DNA of 64,000 bases from Eledone cirrhosa (lineage: Eukaryota), in assembly GCA_964016885.1 (NCBI GenBank), contig OZ024742.1, positions 168,764,001 to 168,828,000 of the forward strand, read 5' to 3'. Under the pieces are notes generated by a model. It was given only the letters and a program-made list of their open reading frames with translations. It had not been told where the DNA came from and did not search any database. The position numbers and the translations under genes were made by a program. Positions 12,221-25,660 of the stretch are shown here, piece after piece (the stretch's first letter is position 1; each line of letters starts with the position of its first letter).

Positions 12221-15200
12221 CTGATTTTTTTTTACAAATTATCTCCCCCTGATTTTTTTTTACAAATTATCTACGCCTAAGTTTTTTTACAAATTATCTC
12301 CCCCTGATTTTTTTTTACAAATTATCTCCCCCTGATTTTTTTTACAAATTATCTCCCCCTGATTTTTTTTTACAAATTATTTCCCCCTGATTTTTTTACA
12401 AATTATCTCCCCCCTGATTTTTTTTACAATCTCCGCCTGATTTTTTAAAAAATTATCTTCCCTTGGCTGGCGGGAAATTATCTCCCCTTGGACGGCTGGA
12501 AATTATATCCCCTTGGACGGCTGGAAATTACCTCCCCTTGGACAGCTGGAAATTATCTGCCCTTGATTTTGTTTTTACAAATTATCTCCCCCTGATTTTT
12601 TTTAAAAATTATCTCCACCTGATTTTTTAAAAAATTATCTCCCCTTGGACGGCTGGAAATTATCTCCCCTTGATTTTTTTACAAATTATCTCCCCCTGAT
12701 TTTTTTTACAAATTATCTCCCCCTGATTTTTTTTTTACAAATTATCTCCCCCTGATTTTTTTACAAATTATCTCCCCCTGATTTTTTTTACAAATTATCT
12801 CCGCCTGATTTTTTTAAATATTATCTTCCCTTGGCTGGCGGGAAATTATCTCCCCTTGGACGGCTGAAAATTATCTCCCCTTGGACGGCTGGAAATTATC
12901 TCCCCTTGATTTTTTTTACAAATTATCTCCCCCTGATTTTTTTTTACAAATTATCTCCCCCTGATTTTTTTTTACAAATTATCTCCACCTGATTTTTTTT
13001 TACAAATTATCTGCCCCTGATTTTTTTTACAAATTATCTCCCCCTGATTTTTTTACAAATTATCTCCCCTTGGCTGGCTGGAAATTATCTCTCCTTGGAG
13101 GCTGGAATTTATCTCCACTTGGACGGCTAGAAATTACCTCTCCTTGGACGGCTGGAAAATATTTCTCCTTGGACGGCTGGATATTATCTACCCTTGGACG
13201 GGTGGAAATTATCTCCCCTTGGACGGCTGGAAATTATCTCCCCTTGGACGGCTAGATATTAGCTCCCCTTGGACGGCTGGAAATTATCTCCCCTTGATTT
13301 TTTTTACAAATTATCTCCCCCTGATTTTTTTTTTACAAATTATCTCCCCCTGATTTTTTTAGAAATTATCTCCCCCTGATTTTTTTTACAAATTATCTCC
13401 GCCTGATTTTTTTTAAATATTATCTTCCCTTGGCTGGCGGGAAATTATCTCCCCTTGGACGGCTGAAAATTATCTCCCCTTGGACGGCTGGAAATTATCT
13501 CCCCTTGATTTTTTTACAAATTATCTCCCCCTGATTATTTTTTACAAATTATCTTTCCCTGATTTTTTTTTACAAATTATCTCCCCCTGATTTTTTTTAC
13601 AAATTATCTCCCCCTGATTTTTTTACAAATTATCTCCCCTTGGCTGGCTGGAAATTATCTCCTCTTGGTGGCTGGAATTTATCTCCCCTTGGACGGCTGG
13701 AAATTATCTCTCCTTGGACGGCTAGTAATTACCTCTCCTTGGACGGCTGGAAAATATGTCTCGTTGGAGGGCTGGAAATTATCTCCCCTTGGACGGCTGG
13801 AAATTATCTCCCCTTGGACGGCTGGAAATTATCTCTCCTTGGACGGCTAGAAATTACCTCTCCTTGGACGGCTGAAAATTATCTCTCCTTGGACGGCTGG
13901 AAATTATCTCCCCTTGGACGGCTAGATATTACCTCCCCTTGGACGGCTGGAAATTATCTCCCCTTGATTTTTTTTACAAATTATCTCCCCCTGATTTTTT
14001 TTACAAATTATCTACACCTGATTTTTTTACAAATTATCTCACCCTGATTTTTTTTACAAATTATCTCCGCCTAATTTTTTTAAATATTATCTTCCCTTGG
14101 CTGGCGGGAAATTATCTCCCCTTGGACGGCTGAAAATTATCTCCCCTTGGACGGCTGGAAATTATCTCCCCTTGATTTTTTTTACAAATTATCTCCCCCT
14201 GATTTTTTTTTACAAATTATCTCCCCCTGATTTTTTTTTACAAATTATCTCCCCCTGATTTTTTTTTACAAATTATCTCCCCCTGATATTTTTTACAAAT
14301 TATCTCCCCCTGATTTTTTTACAAATTATCTCCCCTTGGCTGGCTGGAAATTATCTCCCCTTGGAGGCTGGAATTTATCTCCCCTTGGACGGCTAGAAAT
14401 TACCTCGCCTTGGACGGCTGGAAAATATGTCTCCTTGGACGGCTGGAAATTATCTCCCCTTGGACGGCTGGAAATTATCTCCCCTTGGACGGCTGGATAT
14501 TATCTACCCTTGGACGGCTAGATATTACCTCCCCTTGGACGGCTGGAAATTATCTCCCCTTGATTTTTTTTACAAATTATCTCCCCCTGATTTTTTTTTA
14601 CAAATTATCTCCCCCTGATTTTTTTTTACAAATTATCTACCCCTGATTTTTTTTTACAAATTATCTCCCCCTGATTTTTTTTACAAATTATCTCTCCCTG
14701 ATTTTTTTTTACAAATTATCTCCCCCTGATTTTTTTTTACAAATTATCTACCCCTGATTTTTTTTTACAAATTATCTCCCCCTGATTTTTTTTACAAATT
14801 ATCTCCCCCTGATTTTTTTACAAATTATCTCCCCCCGATTTTTTTTACAAATTATCTCCGCCTAATTTTTTTAAATATTATCTTCCCTTGGCTGGCGGGA
14901 AATTATCTCCCTTTGGACGGCTGAAAATTATCTCCCCTTGGACGGCTGGAAATTATCTCCCCTTGATTTTTTTACAAATTATCTCCCCCTGATTTTTTTT
15001 TACAAATTATCTCCCTCTGATTTTTTTTACAAATTATCTCCCCTTGGCTGGCTGGAAATTATCTCCCCTTGGAGGCTGGAATTTATCTCCCCTTGGACGG
15101 TTAGAAATTACCTCTCCTTGGACTGCTGGAAAATATGTCTCCTTGGACGGCTGGAAATTATCTCCCCTTGGACGGCTGGAAATTATCTCCCCTTGGACGG

Positions 15201-17749
15201 CTGGAAATTATCTCTCCTCGGACGACTAGAAATTACCTCTCCTTGGACAGCTGAAAATTATCTCCCCTTGGACGGCTGGAAATTATCTCCCCCTGATTTT
15301 TTTTTACAAATTATCTCCCCCTGATTTTTTTTTACAAATTATCTCCCCCTGATTTTTTTTACAAATTATATCCCCCTGATATTTTTTACAAATTATCTCC
15401 CCCTGATTTTTTTACAAATTATCTCCCCTTGGCTGGCTGGAAATTATCTCCCCTTGGAGGCTGGAATTTATCTCCCCTTGGACGGCTAGAAATTACCTCG
15501 CCTTGGACGGCTGGAAAATATGTCTCCTTGGACGGCTGGAAATTATCTGCCCTTGGACGGCTGGAAATTATCTCCCCTTGGACGGCTAGATATTACCTCC
15601 CCTTGGACGGCTGGAAATTATCTCCCCTTGATTTTTTTTACAAATTATCTCCCCCTGATTTTTTTTTACAAATTATCTCCACCTGATTTTTTTTTACAAA
15701 TTATCTACCCCTGATTTTTTTTTACAAATTATCTCCCCCTGATTTTTTTTACAAATTATCTCTCCCTGATTTTTTTTTACAAATTATCTCCCCCTGATTT
15801 TTTTTTACAAATTATCTACCCCTGATTTTTTTTTACAAATTATCTGCCCCTGATTTTTTTTACAAATTATCTCCCCCTGATTTTTTTTACAAATTATCTC
15901 CCCCTGATTTTTTTACAAATTATCTCCCCCCGATTTTTTTTACAAATTATCTCCGCCTAATTTTTTTAAATATTATCTTCCCTTGGCTGGCGGGAAATTA
16001 TCTCCCCTTGGACGGCTGAAAATTATCTCCCCTTGGACGGCTGGAAATTATCTCCCCTTGATTTTTTTACAAATTATCTCACCCTGATTATTTTTTACAA
16101 ATTATCTCCCCCTGATTTTTTTTTACAAATTATCTATCTCTGATTTTTTTTACAAATTATCTCCCCTTGGCTGGCTGGAAATTATCTCCCCTTGGAGGCT
16201 GGAATTTATCTCCCCTTGGACGGTTAGAAATTACCTCTCCTTGGACTGCTGGAAAATATGTCTCCTTGGACGGCTGGAAATTATCTCCCCTGGGACGGCT
16301 GGAAATTATCTCCCCTTGGACGGCTGGAAATTATCTCTCCTCGGACGACTAGAAATTACCTCTCCTTGGACAGCTGAAAATTATCTCCCCTTGGACGGCT
16401 GGAAATTATCTCCCCTTGATTTTTTTTACAAATTATCTCCCCCTGATTTTATTTTACAAATTATCTCCCCCTGATTTTTTTTACAAATTATCTCCCCCTG
16501 ATATTTTTTACAAATTATCTCCCCCTGATTTTTTTACAAATTATCTCCCCTTGGCTGGCTGGAAATTATCTCCCCTTGGAGGCTGGAATTTATCTCCCCT
16601 TGGACGGCTAGAAATTACCTCGCCTTGGACGGCTGTAAAATATGTCTCCTTGGACGGCTGGAAATTATCTCCCCTTGGACGGCTGGAAATTATCTCCCCT
16701 TGGACGGCTGGAAATTATCTCCCCTTGGACGGCTAGATATTACCTCCCCTTGGACGGCTGGAAATTATCTCCCCTTGATTTTTTTTACAAATTATCTCCC
16801 CCTGATTTTTTTTTACAAATTATCTCCCTGATTTTTTTTTACGAATTATCTCCCCCTGATTTTTTTTTACAAATTATCTCCGCCTGATTTTTTTTTAAAA
16901 ATTATCTCCCCTTGAACGGCTGGAAATTATCTCCCCTTGGACGGCTGGAAATTATCTCCCCTTGGACGGCTAGAAATTACCTCTCCTTGGACGGCTGAAA
17001 ATTATCTCCCCTTGGACGGCTGCAAATTATCTCCCCTTGATTTTTTAACAAATTATCTCCCCCTGATTTTTTTTTACAAATTATCTCCCCCTGATTTTTT
17101 TTTACAAATTATCTACGCCTAAGTTTTTTTACAAATTATCTCCCCCTGATTTTTTTTTACAAATTATCTCCCCCTGATTTTTTTTACAAATTATCTCCCC
17201 CTGATTTTTTTTTACAAATTATTTCCCCCTGATTTTTTTACAAATTATCTCCCCCCTGATTTTTTTTACAATCTCCGCCTGATTTTTTAAAAAATTATCT
17301 TCCCTTGGCTGGCGAGAAATTATCTCCCCTTGGACGGCTGGAAATTATATCCCCTTGGACGGCTGGAAATTACCTCCCCTTGGACAGCTGGAAATTATCT
17401 GCCCTTGATTTTGTTTTTACAAATTATCTCCCCCTGATTTTTTTACAAATTATCTCCACCTGATTTTTTAAAAAATTATCTTCCCTTGGACGGCTGGAAA
17501 TTATCTCCCCCTGATTTTTTTTTACAAATTATCTACCCCTGATTTTTTTTTACAAATTATCTCCCCCTGATTTTTTTTACAAATTATCTCTCCCGGATTT
17601 TTTTTTACAAATTATCTCCCCCTGATTTTTTTTTACAAACTATCTACCCCTGATTTTTTTTTACAAATTATCTCCCCCTGATTTTTTTTACAAATTATCT
17701 CCCCCTGATTTTTTTACAAATTATCTCCCCCCGATTTTTTTTACAAATT

Positions 17750-20700
17750 ATCTCCGCCTAATTTTTTTAAATATTATCTTCCCTTGGCTGGCGGGAAATT
17801 ATCTCCCCTTGGACGGCTGAAAATTATCTCCCCTTGGACGGCTGGAAATTATCTCCCCTTGATTTTTTTACAAATTATCTCCCCCTGATTATTTTTTACA
17901 AATTATCTCCCCCTGATTTTTTTTTACAAATTATCTCCCTCTGATTTTTTTACAAATTATCTCCCCTTGGCTGGCTGGAAATTATCTCCCCTTGGAGGCT
18001 GGAATTTATCTCCCCTTGGACGGTTAGAAATTACCTCTCCTTGGACTGCTGGAAAATATGTCTCCTTGGACGGCTGGAAATTATCTCCCCTTGGACGGCT
18101 GGAAATTATCTCCCCTTGGACGGCTGGAAATTATCTCTCCTCGGACGACTAGAAATTACCTCTCCTTGGACAGCTGAAAATTATCTCCCCTTGGACGGCT
18201 GGAAATTATCTCCCCTTGATTTTTTTTACAAATTATCTCCCCCTGATTTTTTTTTACAAATTATCTCCCCCTGATTTTTTTTTACAAATTATCTCCCCCT
18301 GATTTTTTTTACAAATTATCTCCCCCTGATATTTTTTACAAATTATCTCCCCCTGATTTTTTTACAAATTATCTCCCCTTGGCTGGCTGGAAATTATCTC
18401 CCCTTGGAGGCTGGAATTTATCTCCCCTTGGACGGCTAGAAATTACCTCGCCTTGGACGGCTGGAAAATATGTCTCCTTGGACGGCTGGAAATTATCTCC
18501 CCTTGGACGGCTGGAAATTATCTCCCCTTGGACGGCTAGATATTACCTCCCCTTGGACGGCTGGAAATTATCTCCCCTTGATTTTTTTTACAAATTATCT
18601 CCCCCTGATTTTTTTTTACAAATTATCTCCCCCTGATTTTTTTTTACAAATTATCTACCCCTGATTTTTTTTTACAAATTATCTCCCCCTGATTTTTTTT
18701 ACAAATTATCTCTCCCTGATTTTTTTTTACAAATTATCTCCCCCTGATTTTTTTTTACAAATTATCTACCCCTGATTTTTTTTTACAAATTATCTCCCCC
18801 TGATTTTTTTTACAAATTATCTCCCCCTGATTTTTTTTACAAATTATCTCCCCCTGATTTTTTTACAAATTATCTCCCCCCGATTTTTTTTACAAATTAT
18901 CTCCGCCTAATTTTTTTAAATATTATCTTCCCTTGGCTGGCGGGAAATTATCTCCCCTTGGACGGCTGAAAATTATCTCCCCTTGGACGGCTGGAAATTA
19001 TCTCCCCTTGATTTTTTTACAAATTATCTCCCCCTGATTATTTTTTACAAATTATCTCCCCCTGATTTTTTTTTACAAATTATCTCCCTCTGATTTTTTT
19101 TACAAATTATCTCCCCTTGGCTGGCTGGAAATTATCTCCCCTTGGAGGCTGGAATTTATCTCCCCTTGGACGGTTAGAAATTACCTCTCCTTGGACTGCT
19201 GGAAAATATGTCTCCTTGGACGGCTGGAAATTATCTCCCCTGGGACGGCTGGAAATTATCTCCCCTTGGACGGCTGGAAATTATCTCTCCTCGGACGACT
19301 AGAAATTACCTCTCCTTGGACAGCTGAAAATTATCTCCCCTTGGACGGCTGGAAATTATCTCCCCTTGATTTTTTTTACAAATTATCTCCCCCTGATTTT
19401 TTTTTACAAATTATCTCCCCCTGATTTTATTTTACAAATTATCTCCCCCTGATTTTTTTTACAAATTATCTCCCCCTGATATTTTTTACAAATTATCTCC
19501 CCCTGATTTTTTTACAAATTATCTCCCCTTGGCTGGCTGGAAATTATCTCCCCTTGGAGGCTGGAATTTATCTCCCCTTGGACGGCTAGAAATTACCTCG
19601 CCTTGGACGGCTGGAAAATATGTCTCCTTGGACGGCTGGAAATTATCTCCCCTTGGACGGCTGGAAATTATCTCCCCTTGGACGGCTGGAAATTATCTCC
19701 CCTTGGACGGCTAGATATTACCTCCCCTTGGACGGCTGGAAATTATCTCCCCTTGATTTTTTTTACAAATTATCTCCCCCTGATTTTTTTTTACAAATTA
19801 TCTCCCTGATTTTTTTTTACGAATTATCTCCCCCTGATTTTTTTTTACAAATTATCTCCGCCTGATTTTTTTTTAAAAATTATCTCCCCTTGAACGGCTG
19901 GAAATTATCTCCCCTTGGACGGCTGGAAATTATCTCCCCTTGGACGGCTAGAAATTACCTCTCCTTGGACGGCTGAAAATTATCTCCCCTTGGACGGCTG
20001 CAAATTATCTCCCCTTGATTTTTTAACAAATTATCTCCCCCTGATTTTTTTTTACAAATTATCTCCCCCTGATTTTTTTTTACAAATTATCTACGCCTAA
20101 GTTTTTTTACAAATTATCTCCCCCTGATTTTTTTTTACAAATTATTTCCCCCTGATTTTTTTACAAATTATCTCCCCCCTGATTTTTTTTACAATCTCCG
20201 CCTGATTTTTTAAAAAATTATCTTCCCTTGGCTGGCGAGAAATTATCTCCCCTTGGACGGCTGGAAATTATATCCCCTTGGACGGCTGGAAATTACCTCC
20301 CCTTGGACAGCTGGAAATTATCTGCCCTTGATTTTGTTTTTACAAATTATCTCCCCCTGATTTTTTTACAAATTATCTCCACCTGATTTTTTAAAAAATT
20401 ATCTCCCCTTGGACGGCTGGAAATTATCTCCCCTTGATTTTTTTACAAATTATCTCCCCCTGATTTTTTTTACAATTTATCTACCCCTGATTTTTTTTTT
20501 ACAAATTATCTCCCCCTGATTTTTTTACAAATTATCTCCCCCTGATTTTTTTTACAAATTATCTCCGCCTGATTTTTTTAAATATTATCTTCCCTTGGCT
20601 GGCGGGAAATTATCTCCCCTTGGACGGCTGAAAATTATCTCCCCTTGGACGGCTGGAAATTATCTCCCCTTGATTTTTTTTACAAATTATCTCCCCCTGA

Positions 20701-23700
20701 TTTTTTTTTACAAATTATCTCCCCCTGATTTTTTTTTACAAATTATCTGCCCCTGATTTTTTTTACAAATTATCTCCCCCTGATTTTTTTACAAATTATC
20801 TCCCCTTGGCTGGCTGGAAATTATCTCCCCTTGGAGGCTGGAATTTTATCTCCCCTTGGACGGCTAGAAATTACCTCTCCTTGGACGGCTGGAAAATATT
20901 TCTCCTTGGACGGCTGGATATTATCTACCCTTGGACGGGTGGAAATTATCTCCCCTTGGACGGCTGGAAATTATCTCCCCTTGGACGGCTAGATATTACC
21001 TCCCCTTGGACGGCTGGAAATTATCTCCCCTTGATTTTTTTTACAAATTATCTCCCCCTGATTTTTTTTTTACAAATTTTCTCCCCCTGATTTTTTTACA
21101 AATTATCTCCCCCTGATTTTTTTTACAAATTATCTCCGCCTGATTTTTTTAAATATTATCTTCCCTTGGCTGGCGGGAAATTATCTCCCCTTGGACGGCT
21201 GAAAATTATCTCCCCTTGGACGGCTGGAAATTATCTCCCCTTGATTTTTTTTACAAATTATCTCCCCCTGATTATTTTTTACAAATTATCTTTCCCTGAT
21301 TTTTTTTTACAAATTATCTCCCCCTGATTTTTTTTACAAATTATCTCCCCCTGATTTTTTTACAAATTATCTCCCCTTGGCTGGCTGGAAATTATCTCCC
21401 CTTGGTGGCTGGAATTTATCTCCCCTTGGACGGCTGGAAATTATCTCTCCTTGGACGGCTAGTAATTACCTCTCCTTGGACGGCTGGAAAATATGTCTCG
21501 TTGGAGGGCTGGAAATTATCTCCCCTTGGACGGCTGGAAATTATCTCCCCTTGGACGGCTGGAAATTATCTCTCCTTGGACGGCTAGAAATTACCTCTCC
21601 TTGGACGGCTGAAAATTATCTCTCCTTGGACGGCTGGAAATTATCTCCCCTTGGACGGCTAGATATTACCTCCCCTTGGACGGCTGGAAATTATCTCCCC
21701 TTGATTTTTTTTACAAATTATCTCCCCCTGATTTTTTTTACAAATTATCTACACCTGATTTTTTTACAAATTATCTCCCCCTGATTTTTTTTACAAATTA
21801 TCTCCGCCTAATTTTTTTAAATATTATCTTCCCTTGGCTGGCGGGAAATTATCTCCCCTTGGACGGCTGAAAATTATCTCCCCTTGGACGGCTGGAAATT
21901 ATCTCCCCTTGATTTTTTTACAAATTATCTCCCCCTGATTATTTTTTACAAATTATCTCCCCCTGATTTTTTTTTACAAATTATCTCCCTCTGATTTTTT
22001 TACAAATTATCTCCTCTTGGCTGGCTGGAAATTATCTCCCCTTGGAGGCTGGAATTTATCTCCCCTTGGACGGTTAGAAATTACCTCTCCTTGGACTGCT
22101 GGAAAATATGTCTCCTTGGACGGCTGGAAATTATCTCCCCTTGGACGGCTGGAAATTATCTCCCCTTGGACGGCTGGAAATTATCTCTCCTCGGACGACT
22201 AGAAATTACCTCTCCTTGGACAGCTGAAAATTATCTCCCCTTGGACGGCTGGAAATTATCTCCCCTTGATTTTTTTTACAAATTATCTCCCCCTGATTTT
22301 TTTTTACAAATTATCTCCCCCTGATTTTTTTTTACAAATTATCTCCCCCTGATTTTTTTTACAAATTATCTCCCCCTGATATTTTTACAAATTATCTCCC
22401 CCTGATTTTTTTACAAATTATCTCCCCTTGGCTGGCTGGAAATTATCTCCCCTTGGAGGCTGGAATTTATCTCCCCTTGGACGGCTAGAAATTACCTCGC
22501 CTTGGACGGCTGGAAAATATGTCTCCTTGGACGGCTGGAAATTATCTCCCCTTGGACGGCTGGAAATTATCTCCCCTTGGACGGCTAGATATTACCTCCC
22601 CTTGGACGGCTGGAAATTATCTCCCCTTGATTTTTTTTACAAATTATCTCCCCCTGATTTTTTTTTACAAATTATCTCCCCCTGATTTTTTTTTACAAAT
22701 TATCTACCCCTGATTTTTTTTTACAAATTATCTCCCCCTGATTTTTTTTACAAATTATCTCTCCCTGATTTTTTTTTACAAATTATCTCCCCCTGATTTT
22801 TTTTTACAAATTATCTACCCCTGATTTTTTTTTACAAATTATCTCCCCCTGATTTTTTTTACAAATTATCTCCCCCTGATTTTTTTTACAAATTATCTCC
22901 CCCTGATTTTTTTACAAATTATCTCCCCCCGATTTTTTTTACAAATTATCTCCGCCTAATTTTTTTAAATATTATCTTCCCTTGGCTGGCGGGAAATTAT
23001 CTCCCCTTGGACGGCTGAAAATTATCTCCCCTTGGACGGCTGGAAATTATCTCCCCTTGATTTTTTTACAAATTATCTCCCCTTGGCTGGCTGGAAATTA
23101 TCTCCCCTTGGAGGCTGGAATTTATCTCCCCTTGGACGGCTAGAAATTACCTCGCCTTGGACGGCTGGAAAATATGTCTCCTTGGACGGCTGGAAATTAT
23201 CTCCCCTTGGACGGCTGGAAATTATCTCCCCTTGGACGGCTGGAAATTATCTCCCCTTGGACGGCTAGATATTACCTCCCCTTGGACGGCTGGAAATTAT
23301 CTCCCCTTGATTTTTTTTACAAATTATCTCCCCCTGATTTTTTTTTACAAATTATCTCCCTGATTTTTTTTTACGAATTATCTCCCCCTGATTTTTTTTT
23401 ACAAATTATCTCCGCCTGATTTTTTTTTAAAAATTATCTCCCCTTGAACGGCTGGAAATTATCTCCCCTTGGACGGCTGGAAATTATCTCCCCTTGGACG
23501 GCTAGAAATTACCTCTCCTTGGACGGCTGAAAATTATCTCCCCTTGGACGGCTGCAAATTATCTCCCCTTGATTTTTTAACAAATTATCTCCCCCTGATT
23601 TTTTTTTACAAATTATCTCCCCCTGATTTTTTTTTACAAATTATCTACGCCTAAGTTTTTTTACAAATTATCTCCCCCTGATTTTTTTTTACAAATTATT

Positions 23701-25440
23701 TCCCCCTGATTTTTTTACAAATTATCTCCCCCCTGATTTTTTTTACAATCTCCGCCTGATTTTTTAAAAAATTATCTTCCCTTGGCTGGCGAGAAATTAT
23801 CTCCCCTTGGACGGCTGGAAATTATATCCCTTTGGACGGCTGGAAATTACCTCCCCTTGGACAGCTGGAAATTATCTGCCCTTGATTTTGTTTTTACAAA
23901 TTATCTCCCCCTGATTTTTTTACAAATTATCTCCACCTGATTTTTTAAAAAATTATCTCCCCTTGGACGGCTGGAAATTATCTCCCCTTGATTTTTTTAC
24001 AAATTATCTCCCCCTGATTTTTTTTACAATTTATCTACCCCTGATTTTTTTTTTACAAATTATCTCCCCCTGATTTTTTTACAAATTATCTCCCCCTGAT
24101 TTTTTTTACAAATTATCTCCGCCTGATTTTTTTAAATATTATCTTCCCTTGGCTGGCGGGAAATTATCTCCCCTTGGACGGCTGAAAATTATCTCCCCTT
24201 GGACGGCTGGAAATTATCTCCCCTTGATTTTTTTTACAAATTATCTCCCCCTGATTTTTTTTTACAAATTATCTCCCCCTGATTTTTTTTTACAAATTAT
24301 CTGCCCCTGATTTTTTTTACAAATTATCTCCCCCTGATTTTTTTACAAATTATCTCCCCTTGGCTGGCTGGAAATGATCTCCCCTTGGAGGCTGGAATTT
24401 TATCTCCCCTTGGACGGCTAGAAATTACCTCTCCTTGGACGGCTGGAAAATATTTCTCCTTGGACGGCTGGATATTATCTACCCTTGGACGGGTGGAAAT
24501 TATCTCCCCTTGGACGGCTGGAAATTATCTCCCCTTGGACGGCTAGATATTACCTCCCCTTGGACGGCTGGAAATTATCTCCCCTTGATTTTTTTTACAA
24601 ATTATCTCCCCCTGATTTTTTTTTTACAAATTATCTCCCCCTGATTTTTTTACAAATTATCTCCCCCTGATTTTTTTTACAAATTATCTCCGCCTGATTT
24701 TTTTAAATATTATCTTCCCTTGGCTGGCGGGAAATTATCTCCCCTTGGACGGCTGAAAATTATCTCCCCTTGGACGGCTGGAAATTATCTCCCCTTGATT
24801 TTTTTTACAAATTATCTCCCCCTGATTATTTTTTACAAATTATCTTTCCCTGATTTTTTTTTACAAATTATCTCCCCCTGATTTTTTTTACAAATTATCT
24901 CCCCCTGATTTTTTTACAAATTATCTCCCCTTGGCTGGCTGGAAATTATCTCCCCTTGGTGGCTGGAATTTATCTCCCCTTGGACGGCTGGAAATTATCT
25001 CTCCTTGGACGGCTAGTAATTACCTCTCCTTGGACGGCTGGAAAATATGTCTCGTTGGAGGGCTGGAAATTATCTCCCCTTGGACGGCTGGAAATTATCT
25101 CCCCTTGGACGGCTGGAAATTATCTCTCCTTGGACGGCTAGAAATTACCTCTCCTTGGACGGCTGAAAATTATCTCTCCTTGGACGGCTGGAAATTATCT
25201 CCCCTTGGACGGCTAGATATTACCTCCCCTTGGACGGCTGGAAATTATCTCCCCTTGATTTTTTTTACAAATTATCTCCCCCTGATTTTTTTTACAAATT
25301 ATCTCCCCCTGATTTTTTTTACAAATTATCTCCGCCTAATTTTTTTAAATATTATCTTCCCTTGGCTGGCGGGAAATTATCTCCCCTTGGACGGCTGAAA
25401 ATTATCTCCCCTTGGACGGCTGGAAATTATCTCCCCTTGA
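17750..25440. repeat. Nested tandem duplication inside the 11.4-kb unit (offset ~4,050 before and 3,554 after a 495-bp deletion in copy 2)
   Basis: 17967/22017 (4,050) and 18379/22428 (4,049), then 19603/23157, 19915/23469 and 21377/24931 (3,554). Confidence 0.88.
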
Positions 25441-25660
25441 TTTTTTTTACAAATTATCTCCCCCTGATTTTTTTTTACAAATTATATCCCCCTTATTTTT
25501 TTTTACAAATTATCTCCCACTGATTTTTTTTTACAAATTATCTCCCCCTGATTTTTTTTACAAATTATCTCCCCTTGGCTGGCTGGAAATTATCTCCCCT
25601 TGGAGGCTGGAATTTATCTCCCCTTGGACGGCTAGAAATTACCTCTCCTTGGACGGCTGG

